From positions 6,709 through 70,708 of the forward strand of contig CAJAUM010000100.1 in NCBI GenBank assembly GCA_903945175.1: a stretch of DNA of 64,000 nt, given 5' to 3'. The DNA is from an uncultured Bacteroidales bacterium (GTDB lineage: Bacteria; Bacteroidota; Bacteroidia; Bacteroidales; FEN-979). The stretch's first letter is position 1. Each line of letters starts with the position of its first letter. The translations under genes were made by a program, and so were the position numbers. The notes beneath the pieces were generated by a model. The model was not told where the DNA came from, did no database searches, and saw nothing but the letters and a program-made list of their open reading frames with translations. Shown piece after piece: positions 10,521 through 19,092 of the stretch.

Positions 10521-11915
10521 TTAGTAACCTAAAATTTTCAGCATCGATTTAAAGCTCTGCTCCTTCGACCAGAGTTTGGTTGTCACCTCTTCAGTCTCCT
10601 CATCAATGTCGATCAAAACATGTTTCGGAGCAGGGATAAGGCAATGCTGAATGCCGCCATATCCGCCGATCGCCTCCTGGTAAGCGCCTGTATGGAACAT
10701 CCCGATATACTGGGGCTCATTCTGATTAAATTTCGGGAGGTAAACGGCATTGCTATGCTCCTCCGCATTGTAAAAATCTTCGCTATCGCAGGTCAGGCCG
10801 CCAAGAAACACGCGTTCGTATTCACCATCCCAATTATTAATGGCAAGCAAAATGAATTTCTGGTTAATGGCCCACGTATCGGGAAGGGTGTTCATAAATG
10901 AACTGTCGATCATGTTCCAGATTTCACGGTCGTTCTGTCTTTTCTGGTCAATTATCGAGTATAAAACAGCGCCGCTTTCGCCCACAGTAAATGATCCGAA
11001 TTCAGTAAAGATATCCGGATCAGGCACTTCATTGCGTTCGCATATGCTTTGAATCTGTGCAATGATCTCTTCTGCCATATATTCATAATCGTATACGAAA
11101 TCGAGTGAGTTCTTAATTGGCAATCCGCCTCCGATGTTCAGGGCAGTCAGTTCGGGACATATTTTTTTCAAATCACAATAGACCTGGACGCTCTTAGTCA
11201 ATTCATTCCAGTAATAGGCCTTGTCCTTCATTCCGGTATTGATAAAGAAGTGTAGCATCTTCAGTTCAAACTTCGGGTTGTCTTTGATTTTTTCGAGAAA
11301 GTAGGGAACAATGTCATTGTAACGTATCCCAAGCCGGGATGTATAAAAGTCGAACTTTGGCTCCTCTTCCGATGCAATCCGGATACCCAGTTTCACTTTA
11401 TGCTGGATCTCCTGCTCGATTTTTTCCAGTTCAAAAATATTATCCAGTACAGGGATCACATTGGTATATCCATTATTCACAAGGCTTACGATATTTTCAA
11501 TATACATCGGCCGTTTGAATCCATTGCAGATGATGAACCTGTCTTTGCTAAACAGTCCCAGCTCATTGAGGGATTCAATGATATTGATATCAAATGCAGA
11601 GGATGTTTCAAGGTGTACTTCATTCTTAAGCACCTCCTCCAGCACAAAACTGAAGTGGGAGCTTTTGGTGCAGTAACAGTAATGATAATCGCCCTTGTAG
11701 TCGACCTTGGCCATGGCCACATTGAACAATCGCTTTGCCCGCTGTATCTGCGAACTGATCTTGGGCAAATAACTTATCTTGAGGGGAGTTCCATACTGTT
11801 TAATGATGTCCATTAACGGAACTTTGTGAAAATAAAGTTCATTGTCAACCACTTCAAATTCCTGCTGGGGAAAGTCAAAGGTTTGTTCGATCAGATCAAT
11901 ATATTTATTTTTCAT
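10521..11915 (-). CDS. PLP-dependent fold-type III decarboxylase, arginine decarboxylase-like
   Basis: 464 aa. Contains the CTKS PLP-lysine region, NIGGGLPI (the GGG motif) and GGLTCDSEDFY (the CxS-D substrate motif of Orn/Arg/DAP decarboxylases). It is co-directional with the DHS-like gene, 54 nt downstream. Confidence 0.8.
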   Translation of the reverse strand: MKNKYIDLIEQTFDFPQQEFEVVDNELYFHKVPLMDIIKQYGTPLKISYLPKISSQIQRAKRLFNVAMAKVDYKGDYHYCYCTKSSHFSFVLEEVLKNEVHLETSSAFDINIIESLNELGLFSKDRFIICNGFKRPMYIENIVSLVNNGYTNVIPVLDNIFELEKIEQEIQHKVKLGIRIASEEEPKFDFYTSRLGIRYNDIVPYFLEKIKDNPKFELKMLHFFINTGMKDKAYYWNELTKSVQVYCDLKKICPELTALNIGGGLPIKNSLDFVYDYEYMAEEIIAQIQSICERNEVPDPDIFTEFGSFTVGESGAVLYSIIDQKRQNDREIWNMIDSSFMNTLPDTWAINQKFILLAINNWDGEYERVFLGGLTCDSEDFYNAEEHSNAVYLPKFNQNEPQYIGMFHTGAYQEAIGGYGGIQHCLIPAPKHVLIDIDEETEEVTTKLWSKEQSFKSMLKILGY

Positions 11916-11933
11916 CAGGAATAAAATTAATGT

Positions 11934-11980
11934 AAATCACCCGGATTAATTAAAAACAACCAATCCAAATCACCTGGATT
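11934..11980 (-). promoter_or_regulatory. Two copies of a 14-nt motif in the 5' leader of the decarboxylase gene
   Basis: Plus-strand AAATCACCCGGATT (11934-11947) and AAATCACCTGGATT (11967-11980), with 1 mismatch. The second copy lies inside a hairpin-capable AATCCA-N7-TGGATT (11962-11980). Confidence 0.3.
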
Positions 11981-11993
11981 CAATTTGGGGGCG

Positions 11994-12001
11994 CAAAGTT
12001 A
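11994..12001 (-). promoter_or_regulatory. Candidate -7 promoter box (TAnnTTTG)
   Basis: Minus-strand TAACTTTG, 79 nt upstream of the ATG at 11915. Confidence 0.35.
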
Positions 12002-12027
12002 ATTCAATAGATTCACAAAATCAAAGC

Positions 12028-12627
12028 ATGGAGAAAAAAATATCAATATCCGGGACAGTTTGTAATTTTGGAAAAAATATGGGAGAAATAATATCTTTTG
12101 ATGATTTGTTGATGCTTGAAATGTCGAGGAGGAATACTGATCTGGTGGCTGATCTTATTTTCCAAAAGCCGGCATTGGTTGAGGCGCTATTTCTTGTATT
12201 TCTGCGAAACGAAGAGCCCGTCAGCCGCAGGGCTGCATGGGTTTTGGATATTGTGACGGAAAAACGCCCCGAATTGATCGGATCGCATCCAGATCAGATC
12301 ATCGCGATGCTGCCCGTTTTCACGCATGATGGCTTAAAACGCCATTCGCTTCACATGCTTGCACGATCTCCGCTCCCATCCGGGGACAAGCTGGGAGCGC
12401 TGATTTCGATCTGTTTCGATTGGCTTGTTTCACCCAAGGAGGCCGTGGCGGCAAAAGTTTACTGTATGGAACTACTCTATCGCATTTCGCAATTTGAACC
12501 TGATCTGAAAAAGGAGCTGGCCGATTCGATCGAATGGCGCATGCATGAAGAGACAGCCGGATTTAAGAGCAAGGGCCAAAAAATGTTGAAAAGACTCTAT
12601 CAGGAAATGGCGCGTCCAGAGTTCTAG
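12028..12627 (+). CDS. Hypothetical protein, all-helical (HEAT/ARM-like impression)
   Basis: 199-aa ORF with no recognised motif. An alternative start at ATG 12079 lies just after a TAATTTTG box (12063-12070). The stop lies inside a 7-nt-period repeat. Confidence 0.55.
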   Translation: MEKKISISGTVCNFGKNMGEIISFDDLLMLEMSRRNTDLVADLIFQKPALVEALFLVFLRNEEPVSRRAAWVLDIVTEKRPELIGSHPDQIIAMLPVFTHDGLKRHSLHMLARSPLPSGDKLGALISICFDWLVSPKEAVAAKVYCMELLYRISQFEPDLKKELADSIEWRMHEETAGFKSKGQKMLKRLYQEMARPEF

Positions 12628-12660
12628 TCGCGCGTCCCGCTTACCGCGTCACGATCACTC
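12611..12660. repeat. Degenerate heptamer-period array, GTCAC orientation
   Basis: GCGTCCA GAGTTCT AGTCGCG CGTCCCG CTTACCG CGTCACG ATCACTC. GCGTCC/GCGTCA recur at 12611, 12632 and 12646, so the spacings (21 and 14) are multiples of 7. The array spans the TAG stop at 12625-12627. Confidence 0.45.
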
Positions 12661-12704
12661 CCCAGTCAAATTTACCACCTGCCCCCGATGATAAAAAAAA
12701 TAAA

Positions 12705-12712
12705 TACCTTTG
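12705..12712 (+). promoter_or_regulatory. Candidate -7 promoter box (TAnnTTTG)
   Basis: TACCTTTG, 17 nt upstream of the ATG at 12729. Confidence 0.4.
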
Positions 12713-12728
12713 AAAAAAAATCCGCTTT

Positions 12729-13160
12729 ATGAAAATATGCAGAATAACGGGTATGATAATGATCCTCCTGTGTGCGGGGATTCCCTCTTTTTCACAAATC
12801 CAGTTTCAGAACAACCACCGCGAAACGGTTTATGTTGCTTTTGCAAGGTATATTCACAAGGACAGCACAGGTTTTTGGGTAACAAAGGGATGGACAACGG
12901 TGACCCCGGGCAGCACAGTAAAAGCGATGGATGCCGTGAGTCCGAACGACAGCATTGGCTATTTTGCGATTACACGAATATCCGAAACACCCTATCCGGG
13001 AACAAGGAACCTATTGGTGCGCCCCAATGATCCATTTCAGATCAAGAATGCTGACAATGAATCTGTTCTGGAGAATCATCCTGAGTATGAATGGCGCCAA
13101 TTCCGTGTCATGCGTTTACAGCCCGGAAAAACCAGCGGAATCATCTCCTTCAGCAAATAG
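12729..13160 (+). CDS. Secreted small protein, DUF1036-like
   Basis: 143 aa with a signal peptide. FQNNHRETVYVAFARY..GFWVTKGWTTVTPG..GYFAI resembles the DUF1036 pattern (N-x-T..v.vA..y...W...GW..i.pG). Assigned by eye. Confidence 0.6.
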   Translation: MKICRITGMIMILLCAGIPSFSQIQFQNNHRETVYVAFARYIHKDSTGFWVTKGWTTVTPGSTVKAMDAVSPNDSIGYFAITRISETPYPGTRNLLVRPNDPFQIKNADNESVLENHPEYEWRQFRVMRLQPGKTSGIISFSK

Positions 13161-13237
13161 CACGCTGAATAAATCCATGTTTCATAAGCATATTCAACTT
13201 CATGAATTATTCTATTGGTTTTTTCCAAGGAATATTA

Positions 13238-13245
13238 TAATTTTG
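13238..13245 (+). promoter_or_regulatory. Candidate -7 promoter box (TAnnTTTG)
   Basis: TAATTTTG, 51 nt upstream of the ATG at 13296. Confidence 0.4.
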
Positions 13246-13295
13246 CACCCTCAAAAAAAAGGCTAAAAAACACAATCCATTTAAAAATAAATCTC

Positions 13296-16200
13296 ATGCA
13301 ACACAAAGGCGTTGTTAAATTTTTCGCGATCATCTTCACTTTGGTCTGTTTATTCCAACTGTCATTCACCTTTATCAGCTATTATTACTCAGGTAAAGCA
13401 GACGACTACGCCAATTCAGCACAGGTGACCGCATTTGCCAAACAGAAAGCACAGGGGGATCCCATTAAAGAAGAATATTATTATGACTCTGTTTCCAAAT
13501 CCCGCCTGGAATATTTCAACGATTCCATGGCCAATGTGGGCGTTTATAACATTCTTGTTAAAAAATACACCCTGAAGGAGGTCCGGGAACGGGAAATCAA
13601 CCTGGGTCTCGACCTGAAGGGCGGGATGAACGTGACCATGTCAGTTTCGGTACCGGATGTGATTCGTGCGCTATCAGGCTATAACCAGGATCCCACCTTT
13701 CTCAAGGCCCTCCAAAAAGCCACCGAAATGGAGAAAACCAGTACCAGCGATTTCGTCGATCTCTTTGCCGAATCATTCAAGGAGGTTGATCCAAATGCCA
13801 AACTGGCTGCCATATTCAACACCGTTGAGCTGAAAGATAAAATCAATTACAACTCATCCAATGCTGACGTAATTAAAGTTATTCGTGAGGAGAGCAATGC
13901 GGCCATCGACCGCACCTATGAGATCCTGAAATCCCGTATTGACCGTTTTGGCGTAGTTCAGCCAAACATTCAGAGGTTGCAGACTGCCGGTCGTATCCTG
14001 ATCGAACTTCCCGGCATCAAAGATCCGGAACGTGTTCGTAAACTCCTGCAAGGCACCGCCCAACTTGAATTCTGGGAAACCTACCAATTCCCTGTGCTTC
14101 AGCCATACTTCGCCGAAGCCAACAAAAAACTGACCTCCATTCTCGCTGCAGACCAGGATTCAGTGCCATCTGACAGTACCCTGAAAGCAGATACAGCCGC
14201 CGCCGCGAAGGCAATCGCCTCCAAACAGACCCTTGCTGAAAAGAAAGAGCCTGCAAAAACAGAGGCTGTTAAAAAGGCTGATACGGCCAAATCTGATACA
14301 TCCAAAGGAAATGCACTTTTAAAACAATTGGGCAAGGATACCTCAAAAACTGCCACCATGGCCAAGCAGAAGGAGTCCTTTGAAGAATATTCAAAACAAA
14401 ATCCATTGTTTGCCTACCTGAACCCGGCCATTTACCAGGATAAAAACGGCCAGTATGTTGCGGGTCAAACCGCCATGGTTGGACGTGCGTTCATCAAAGA
14501 CACCGCCCGTGTAAACAGCATGCTCCGCATGACCAGGAATATGTTCCCCCGCGACATGAAGCTGGCATGGACCGTTAAACCCCGTGGAGAATCACCGGAT
14601 GTGCTTGAACTCGTTGCATTGAAGGTTACTTCGCGGGATGGCTCTCCGGCGCTCGGTGGTGATGTAATTACCAGCGCCCGCCAGGACTATGATCAAAACG
14701 GACGCGTGGAGGTTTCCATGTCGATGAACTCCGAAGGAGCCCGTGTCTGGAAACGGCTGACAGGTGAAAATATAGGAAAACAGGTTGCCATCGTACTTGA
14801 TGGTTATGTATACAGTTACCCCAACGTAAACGGTGAAATTCCAAACGGGATGTCCTCCATCTCAGGGGGTGAAATGACCGTTGAAGAGGCCCAGGACCTT
14901 GCCAACATCCTGAAAGCCGGAAAACTTCCGGCCCCGGCCCGTATCGTTGCAGAGGAGGTAGTAGGACCATCACTCGGACAGGAGTCCATCAATGCAGGTT
15001 TACTCTCCTTTGTGATCGCTTTCATCGGGGTTCTCCTGTATATGTCATTGTATTACAACGGAGCAGGCCACGTGGCCGATGTCGCCCTGTTTGCAAACGT
15101 CTTCTTCCTTATGGGTGTTCTTGCCTCTATCGGAGCAGTTCTTACCATGCCTGGCATCGCAGGTATCGTTCTAACACTGGCCATGGCGGTCGACTCGAAC
15201 GTTATCATCTACGAGCGAATGCGGGAAGAAATGCGAGCGGGTAAGGGCATGCGGCTTGTCGTGAAAGATGGTTTCCATCATGCCTTGTCGGCTATCATCG
15301 ACGGTCACGTCACCACCATCTTAACCGGTATTGTGCTCTATATCTTCGGATCCGGACCGGTACAAGGATTCGCTACAACGTTGGTCATCGGTCTTCTCTT
15401 ATCCCTCTTCTCATCTATTTTTATCGCACGCCTTGTCTTTGAATGGATGCTTGACAGAAACATGACCATCACCACGGGAAATAAATACACGCAAAACCTC
15501 TTCCAGAATATCAACATTGATTTCATTGGTTTACGCCGGAAGATGTACATTATCTCCATTGCAGTCCTGATCCCCGGTGCCATCAGTATTTTTGTCCGCG
15601 GAATGGATATGGGTCTTGATTTCACGGGTGGCCGTAGCTATATTGTGAGGTTCGACCAGAATGTTTCTACCACTGATGTACGTGCATCACTGAATAAGTC
15701 GTTCGGAGAGGCCCCTGAAGTAAAAACGTTCGGACCGCAGAACCAGGTGAAAATCACCACCAAGTTCATGATCAATGAACGGAACCAGCAAGCGGATTCG
15801 ATTGTTTCAAATAAACTTTTTGAGGGAGTCAAGGGTTTTTATAAGAGGCCCATTACAATTACCGACTTTAAAGCGAATGCACCTGGAAAGATTATTGGTG
15901 AACTTAGCTCTCAGCGTGTCGACCCGACCATTTCCTACTCCCTGATCTGGAAGGCTGTCATGGCTGTTTTCTTCGCACTCATCATTATCTTTGTATACAT
16001 CGCTTTCCGTTTCAAAAACTGGCAATTTGGTATGGGAGGTGTTGTTTCGCTCGCCCATGATTCGCTGATCATCATCACCATGTTTACGTTGTTCCATGGA
16101 ATCTTTCCATTCGGGATGGAGATCGGACAGGACTTCATTGCAGCATTGCTCACCATCATCGGTTATTCGATCATGGACACGGTTATCATCTTTGACAGGA

Positions 16201-16502
16201 TCAGGGAATACCGTGCGCTCTATCCGAAGCGTGACCTCGGGCAAAACATCAATGCAGCTATCAACAGCACCCTGGGCCGTACCATCAATACCTCTGGTGT
16301 AACCCTTGTGGTATTGGTCATCATCTTCATTTTCGGCGGAGAGGTGTTGCGCGGATTTACCTTTGCGCTGATCACCGGGGTACTTGTGGGAACCTATTCT
16401 TCTGTATTCGTTGCCACGCCCATCGCCTATGACATCATCCTTTGGCAGCAACATCGTAAAGAAAAGAAAGCGTTGATTGCAGTAAAACCCAAAGCCAAAT
16501 AA
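13296..16502 (+). CDS. secDF: Protein translocase subunit SecDF (fused SecD-SecF)
   Basis: About 1068 aa from MQHKGVVKFF. It has a SecD periplasmic head followed by 6 TM, then a SecF part followed by 6 TM, with two RND-like TM bundles (GPSLGQESI.., LAMAVDSNVIIYER, IMDTVIIFDRIRE). The start was moved to the ATG at 13296. Confidence 0.93.
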   Translation: MQHKGVVKFFAIIFTLVCLFQLSFTFISYYYSGKADDYANSAQVTAFAKQKAQGDPIKEEYYYDSVSKSRLEYFNDSMANVGVYNILVKKYTLKEVREREINLGLDLKGGMNVTMSVSVPDVIRALSGYNQDPTFLKALQKATEMEKTSTSDFVDLFAESFKEVDPNAKLAAIFNTVELKDKINYNSSNADVIKVIREESNAAIDRTYEILKSRIDRFGVVQPNIQRLQTAGRILIELPGIKDPERVRKLLQGTAQLEFWETYQFPVLQPYFAEANKKLTSILAADQDSVPSDSTLKADTAAAAKAIASKQTLAEKKEPAKTEAVKKADTAKSDTSKGNALLKQLGKDTSKTATMAKQKESFEEYSKQNPLFAYLNPAIYQDKNGQYVAGQTAMVGRAFIKDTARVNSMLRMTRNMFPRDMKLAWTVKPRGESPDVLELVALKVTSRDGSPALGGDVITSARQDYDQNGRVEVSMSMNSEGARVWKRLTGENIGKQVAIVLDGYVYSYPNVNGEIPNGMSSISGGEMTVEEAQDLANILKAGKLPAPARIVAEEVVGPSLGQESINAGLLSFVIAFIGVLLYMSLYYNGAGHVADVALFANVFFLMGVLASIGAVLTMPGIAGIVLTLAMAVDSNVIIYERMREEMRAGKGMRLVVKDGFHHALSAIIDGHVTTILTGIVLYIFGSGPVQGFATTLVIGLLLSLFSSIFIARLVFEWMLDRNMTITTGNKYTQNLFQNINIDFIGLRRKMYIISIAVLIPGAISIFVRGMDMGLDFTGGRSYIVRFDQNVSTTDVRASLNKSFGEAPEVKTFGPQNQVKITTKFMINERNQQADSIVSNKLFEGVKGFYKRPITITDFKANAPGKIIGELSSQRVDPTISYSLIWKAVMAVFFALIIIFVYIAFRFKNWQFGMGGVVSLAHDSLIIITMFTLFHGIFPFGMEIGQDFIAALLTIIGYSIMDTVIIFDRIREYRALYPKRDLGQNINAAINSTLGRTINTSGVTLVVLVIIFIFGGEVLRGFTFALITGVLVGTYSSVFVATPIAYDIILWQQHRKEKKALIAVKPKAK

Positions 16503-16520
16503 TTTTTATTATTCTTACAG

Positions 16521-16560
16521 AAAATGGCTGTCCCAGTAGAAAGGGGTAGCCATTTTTTTT
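16521..16560 (+). terminator. Rho-independent terminator after secDF
   Basis: AAAATGGCTGTCCC-agtagaaa-GGGGTAGCCATTTT forms a 14-bp stem (2 G-U pairs) followed by a T-run. Confidence 0.75.
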
Positions 16561-16582
16561 ACATGTTCATCAGACTTTTATC

Positions 16583-16590
16583 TATATTTG
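16583..16590 (+). promoter_or_regulatory. Candidate -7 promoter box (TAnnTTTG)
   Basis: TATATTTG, 34 nt upstream of the ATG at 16624. Confidence 0.45.
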
Positions 16591-16623
16591 TACGTTAAAA
16601 TAGGCCATCCAAATTGCATTGAC

Positions 16624-19092
16624 ATGCGTTACCTGATTCTATCCTTCCTGATTCTGATATTCATGGGTTCTGCGCCAGGATCATTTGCACAGAATAAATT
16701 TTCCAAGGCTGCTGATGCAGCTTATGCTGACCAGATGTACCTGCTTGCCCTTGAGAAATATCAAAAAGCCTATTCAAAGGTGAAGAAAAACAAGGGAGAA
16801 CGTGACCGCATATCATTTCGCATAGCTGAGTGCTACCGGATGATGAACAATACCAAAAAGGCTGAGGCATCGTATAAAAGGCTGGTGAATAACGCCAAAT
16901 ATGTAAAGGATGACCCAAAGATCCTGCTCTTCTATGCAGACATGCTTAAGGTTAATGGCAATTATGAAGAGGCCATAAAGCAATATCAGGCTTATAAAGA
17001 GATGGTTCCCAATGATGCCAAGGCAACGATGGGGATTGAAACCTGTACGATGGCGAAAGAATGGATTGCCAATCCCTCCAAATATGGCATCAAGTGGGAG
17101 AAGCTCCTCAATACCAAGGAAGATGAATTTGCTGCAGCATATGCCGATAAAAAATTCGGCTCCATTATATTTACCTCTGACCGGAATGGGGCCAAGGGAA
17201 GGGATGTTGATAACTGGACCGGACTGGGATTTTCTGATCTTTTTCTTTCAAGGGTCGATCGCAAGGGCGACTGGAGTAAACCGTTGCTGGCAGATGCGGA
17301 GGGAACGATTAATTCCAAATCCAATGATGGCGTCGGCCAATTTAACCAACGGTTTTCTTCCTACTATTTTACACGTTGCTTTACCAATGCGCAGCGTAAA
17401 AACGGATGTGCCATCTTCAAATCAAGCAGACAGGGTGGAACAAGCTGGTCTGAACCGGAACAAGTTGACCTTGGGGGCGATTCATCAACCGTAACGGGAC
17501 ACCCCAGTGTAGCCTCCGACGAAAGCATCTACTTCTCGGCTGACCTGCCGGGCGGTTTTGGCGGAAAGGATATCTGGGTTGCAAGAAAGGACAAGAAAGG
17601 CGGGAGATATATCAAACAAAATCTCGGAGCGGATATAAACACCACCGGAGATGAACTGTTTCCATTCATCCGCAACGACAGCCTCCTCTATTTTGCTTCG
17701 AACGGGCATCCCGGGATGGGGGGGCTCGATCTATTCTTATCGAAATATACAAAAAACGGAACGATCGCAGGTAAATGGAGTCCACCGGAAAACATGAAAT
17801 CACCTCTCAATTCTCCGGCCGATGACTTTGCGATTGTTTTTAATGGCGATGAGTCGGAGCAAGGACTTTTCACCTCCAACCGTCCGGGCGGTAAAGGCCG
17901 GGATGATATATACTCCTTCGTGATTCCGCCGGTTTATTTCACCCTCGAAGGCACCATCACCGACGACCGCACCCTTCAGCCTGTTGCAGGGGCGAAAGTC
18001 AGTATTGTAGGCACCAACGGCAGGGCATTGGAAGATAAAACGGATGAAAAGGGCCATTACGGGTTCAATAAAATGCAAATTTCTGTCAATACCACCTATG
18101 ATATTTTTGTTACACGGAAGGATTATTTCAATGAAAAGGGGCGGGAGACTACTGTGGGAATAGAAAAAAGCAAAGACCTCATCCGCAATTTCGTCTTGAG
18201 GCCCATTCCCAAAAAACCTGTGGTACTGCCCGATATTCTTTATGACCTGGCGAAGTGGGATCTCAAACCCCAGTACCGCGATTCGCTGCAGGGCCTCATT
18301 GAAACCCTGGATGCCAACGAGACCATCGTCATTGAGTTGGCCTCGCATACCGACTCACGCGACAGTGATGAGCGCAACGATATTTTATCCCAAAAACGTG
18401 CACAAAGCGTTGTTGATTATCTGATTTCCAGGGGCATTGATCCAGACCGCCTTGTTGCCAAAGGGTATGGTGAACGGGTGCCGAGGGCATTGACAAAAGA
18501 TTTGACCCGGGAAGGTTACACCTTCAATGCAGGGACCCTGCTGAACGATTCAGTGATTAACCTCCTCCAGGGGACCAATGTCAAGGAGGCTGCACATCAA
18601 TTGAACCGCCGTACCGAGTTCTCAATCCTCAGAAATGACTATGTACCCAAAACCAAGGTGTCCAAAGCTGTTCCACCAACTAAAATTGAAGTGGTCGTGA
18701 ACCCGGAAGAGGACAATGTTGCAGTGACCAAGACGAAAGATGGCTCATACCAGGGAACATGCTATATCAGCGGGATTACAACAACCTTTACCTTTGATTC
18801 GAAGGAGAAGGAGTTCTATATTTCCCCTGTCCTGGCGCTAAAATTCCTGACAGACGGCGTGATTGATAAAACCAGCTTTGAAGGGGATGCAACAAAAATT
18901 ATCGGCGAAGGTACCGTGGCTGATAAGGCTATCCTCACCATAAAAGAGATCCGGATCGGCAAGAATACCGTGAAGGATTTAAAGGCAACCGTGAATAAAA
19001 AAATCGGTTCGCTTCATTTCGGGGATACGACCCTGAAGAAGTTTGGGAAGTATAGCATCGATGATGCAAATGGCGAGATTATCTTCGAATGA
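16624..19092 (+). CDS. OmpA-family peptidoglycan-associated protein (TPR + TolB-like beta-propeller + CarboxypepD_reg-like + OmpA_C) with an extra C-terminal domain
   Basis: Signal peptide MRYLILSFLILIFMGSAPGSFA. The N-terminus is TPR-like, followed by repeated TolB-like blades (FTSDR.., YFSADL.., LYFASN.., FTSNRPGG). The OmpA_C core is ELASHTDSRDSDERNDILSQKRAQSVVDYLISRGIDPDRLVAKGYGE. About 170 further residues follow it. Confidence 0.88.
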   Translation: MRYLILSFLILIFMGSAPGSFAQNKFSKAADAAYADQMYLLALEKYQKAYSKVKKNKGERDRISFRIAECYRMMNNTKKAEASYKRLVNNAKYVKDDPKILLFYADMLKVNGNYEEAIKQYQAYKEMVPNDAKATMGIETCTMAKEWIANPSKYGIKWEKLLNTKEDEFAAAYADKKFGSIIFTSDRNGAKGRDVDNWTGLGFSDLFLSRVDRKGDWSKPLLADAEGTINSKSNDGVGQFNQRFSSYYFTRCFTNAQRKNGCAIFKSSRQGGTSWSEPEQVDLGGDSSTVTGHPSVASDESIYFSADLPGGFGGKDIWVARKDKKGGRYIKQNLGADINTTGDELFPFIRNDSLLYFASNGHPGMGGLDLFLSKYTKNGTIAGKWSPPENMKSPLNSPADDFAIVFNGDESEQGLFTSNRPGGKGRDDIYSFVIPPVYFTLEGTITDDRTLQPVAGAKVSIVGTNGRALEDKTDEKGHYGFNKMQISVNTTYDIFVTRKDYFNEKGRETTVGIEKSKDLIRNFVLRPIPKKPVVLPDILYDLAKWDLKPQYRDSLQGLIETLDANETIVIELASHTDSRDSDERNDILSQKRAQSVVDYLISRGIDPDRLVAKGYGERVPRALTKDLTREGYTFNAGTLLNDSVINLLQGTNVKEAAHQLNRRTEFSILRNDYVPKTKVSKAVPPTKIEVVVNPEEDNVAVTKTKDGSYQGTCYISGITTTFTFDSKEKEFYISPVLALKFLTDGVIDKTSFEGDATKIIGEGTVADKAILTIKEIRIGKNTVKDLKATVNKKIGSLHFGDTTLKKFGKYSIDDANGEIIFE

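Noticed and set aside
12710-13266. Overlapping plus-strand ORFs 12710-13030 and 12955-13266.
   Set aside because: They overlap the 12729-13160 ORF in other frames. Only the latter has a signal peptide, a -7 box at the right distance and a DUF1036-like pattern.
15807-16454. 215-aa minus-strand ORF.
   Set aside because: It is antisense to the SecF part of secDF and is a low-complexity, charged product. The plus-strand gene is unambiguous.
16588-16623. N-terminal extensions given by the ORF track. Examples are 16588, 3259, 13215, 20296, 26374, 26855, 29068, 34195, 36602, 40354, 10484 and 52823.
   Set aside because: These begin at TTG/GTG or at upstream ATGs that overlap promoter boxes, repeats or the preceding gene. 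Downstream ATGs give canonical N-termini (signal peptides, MQLFY of RsmE, G1 motif spacing of TypA, the CcoS motif).
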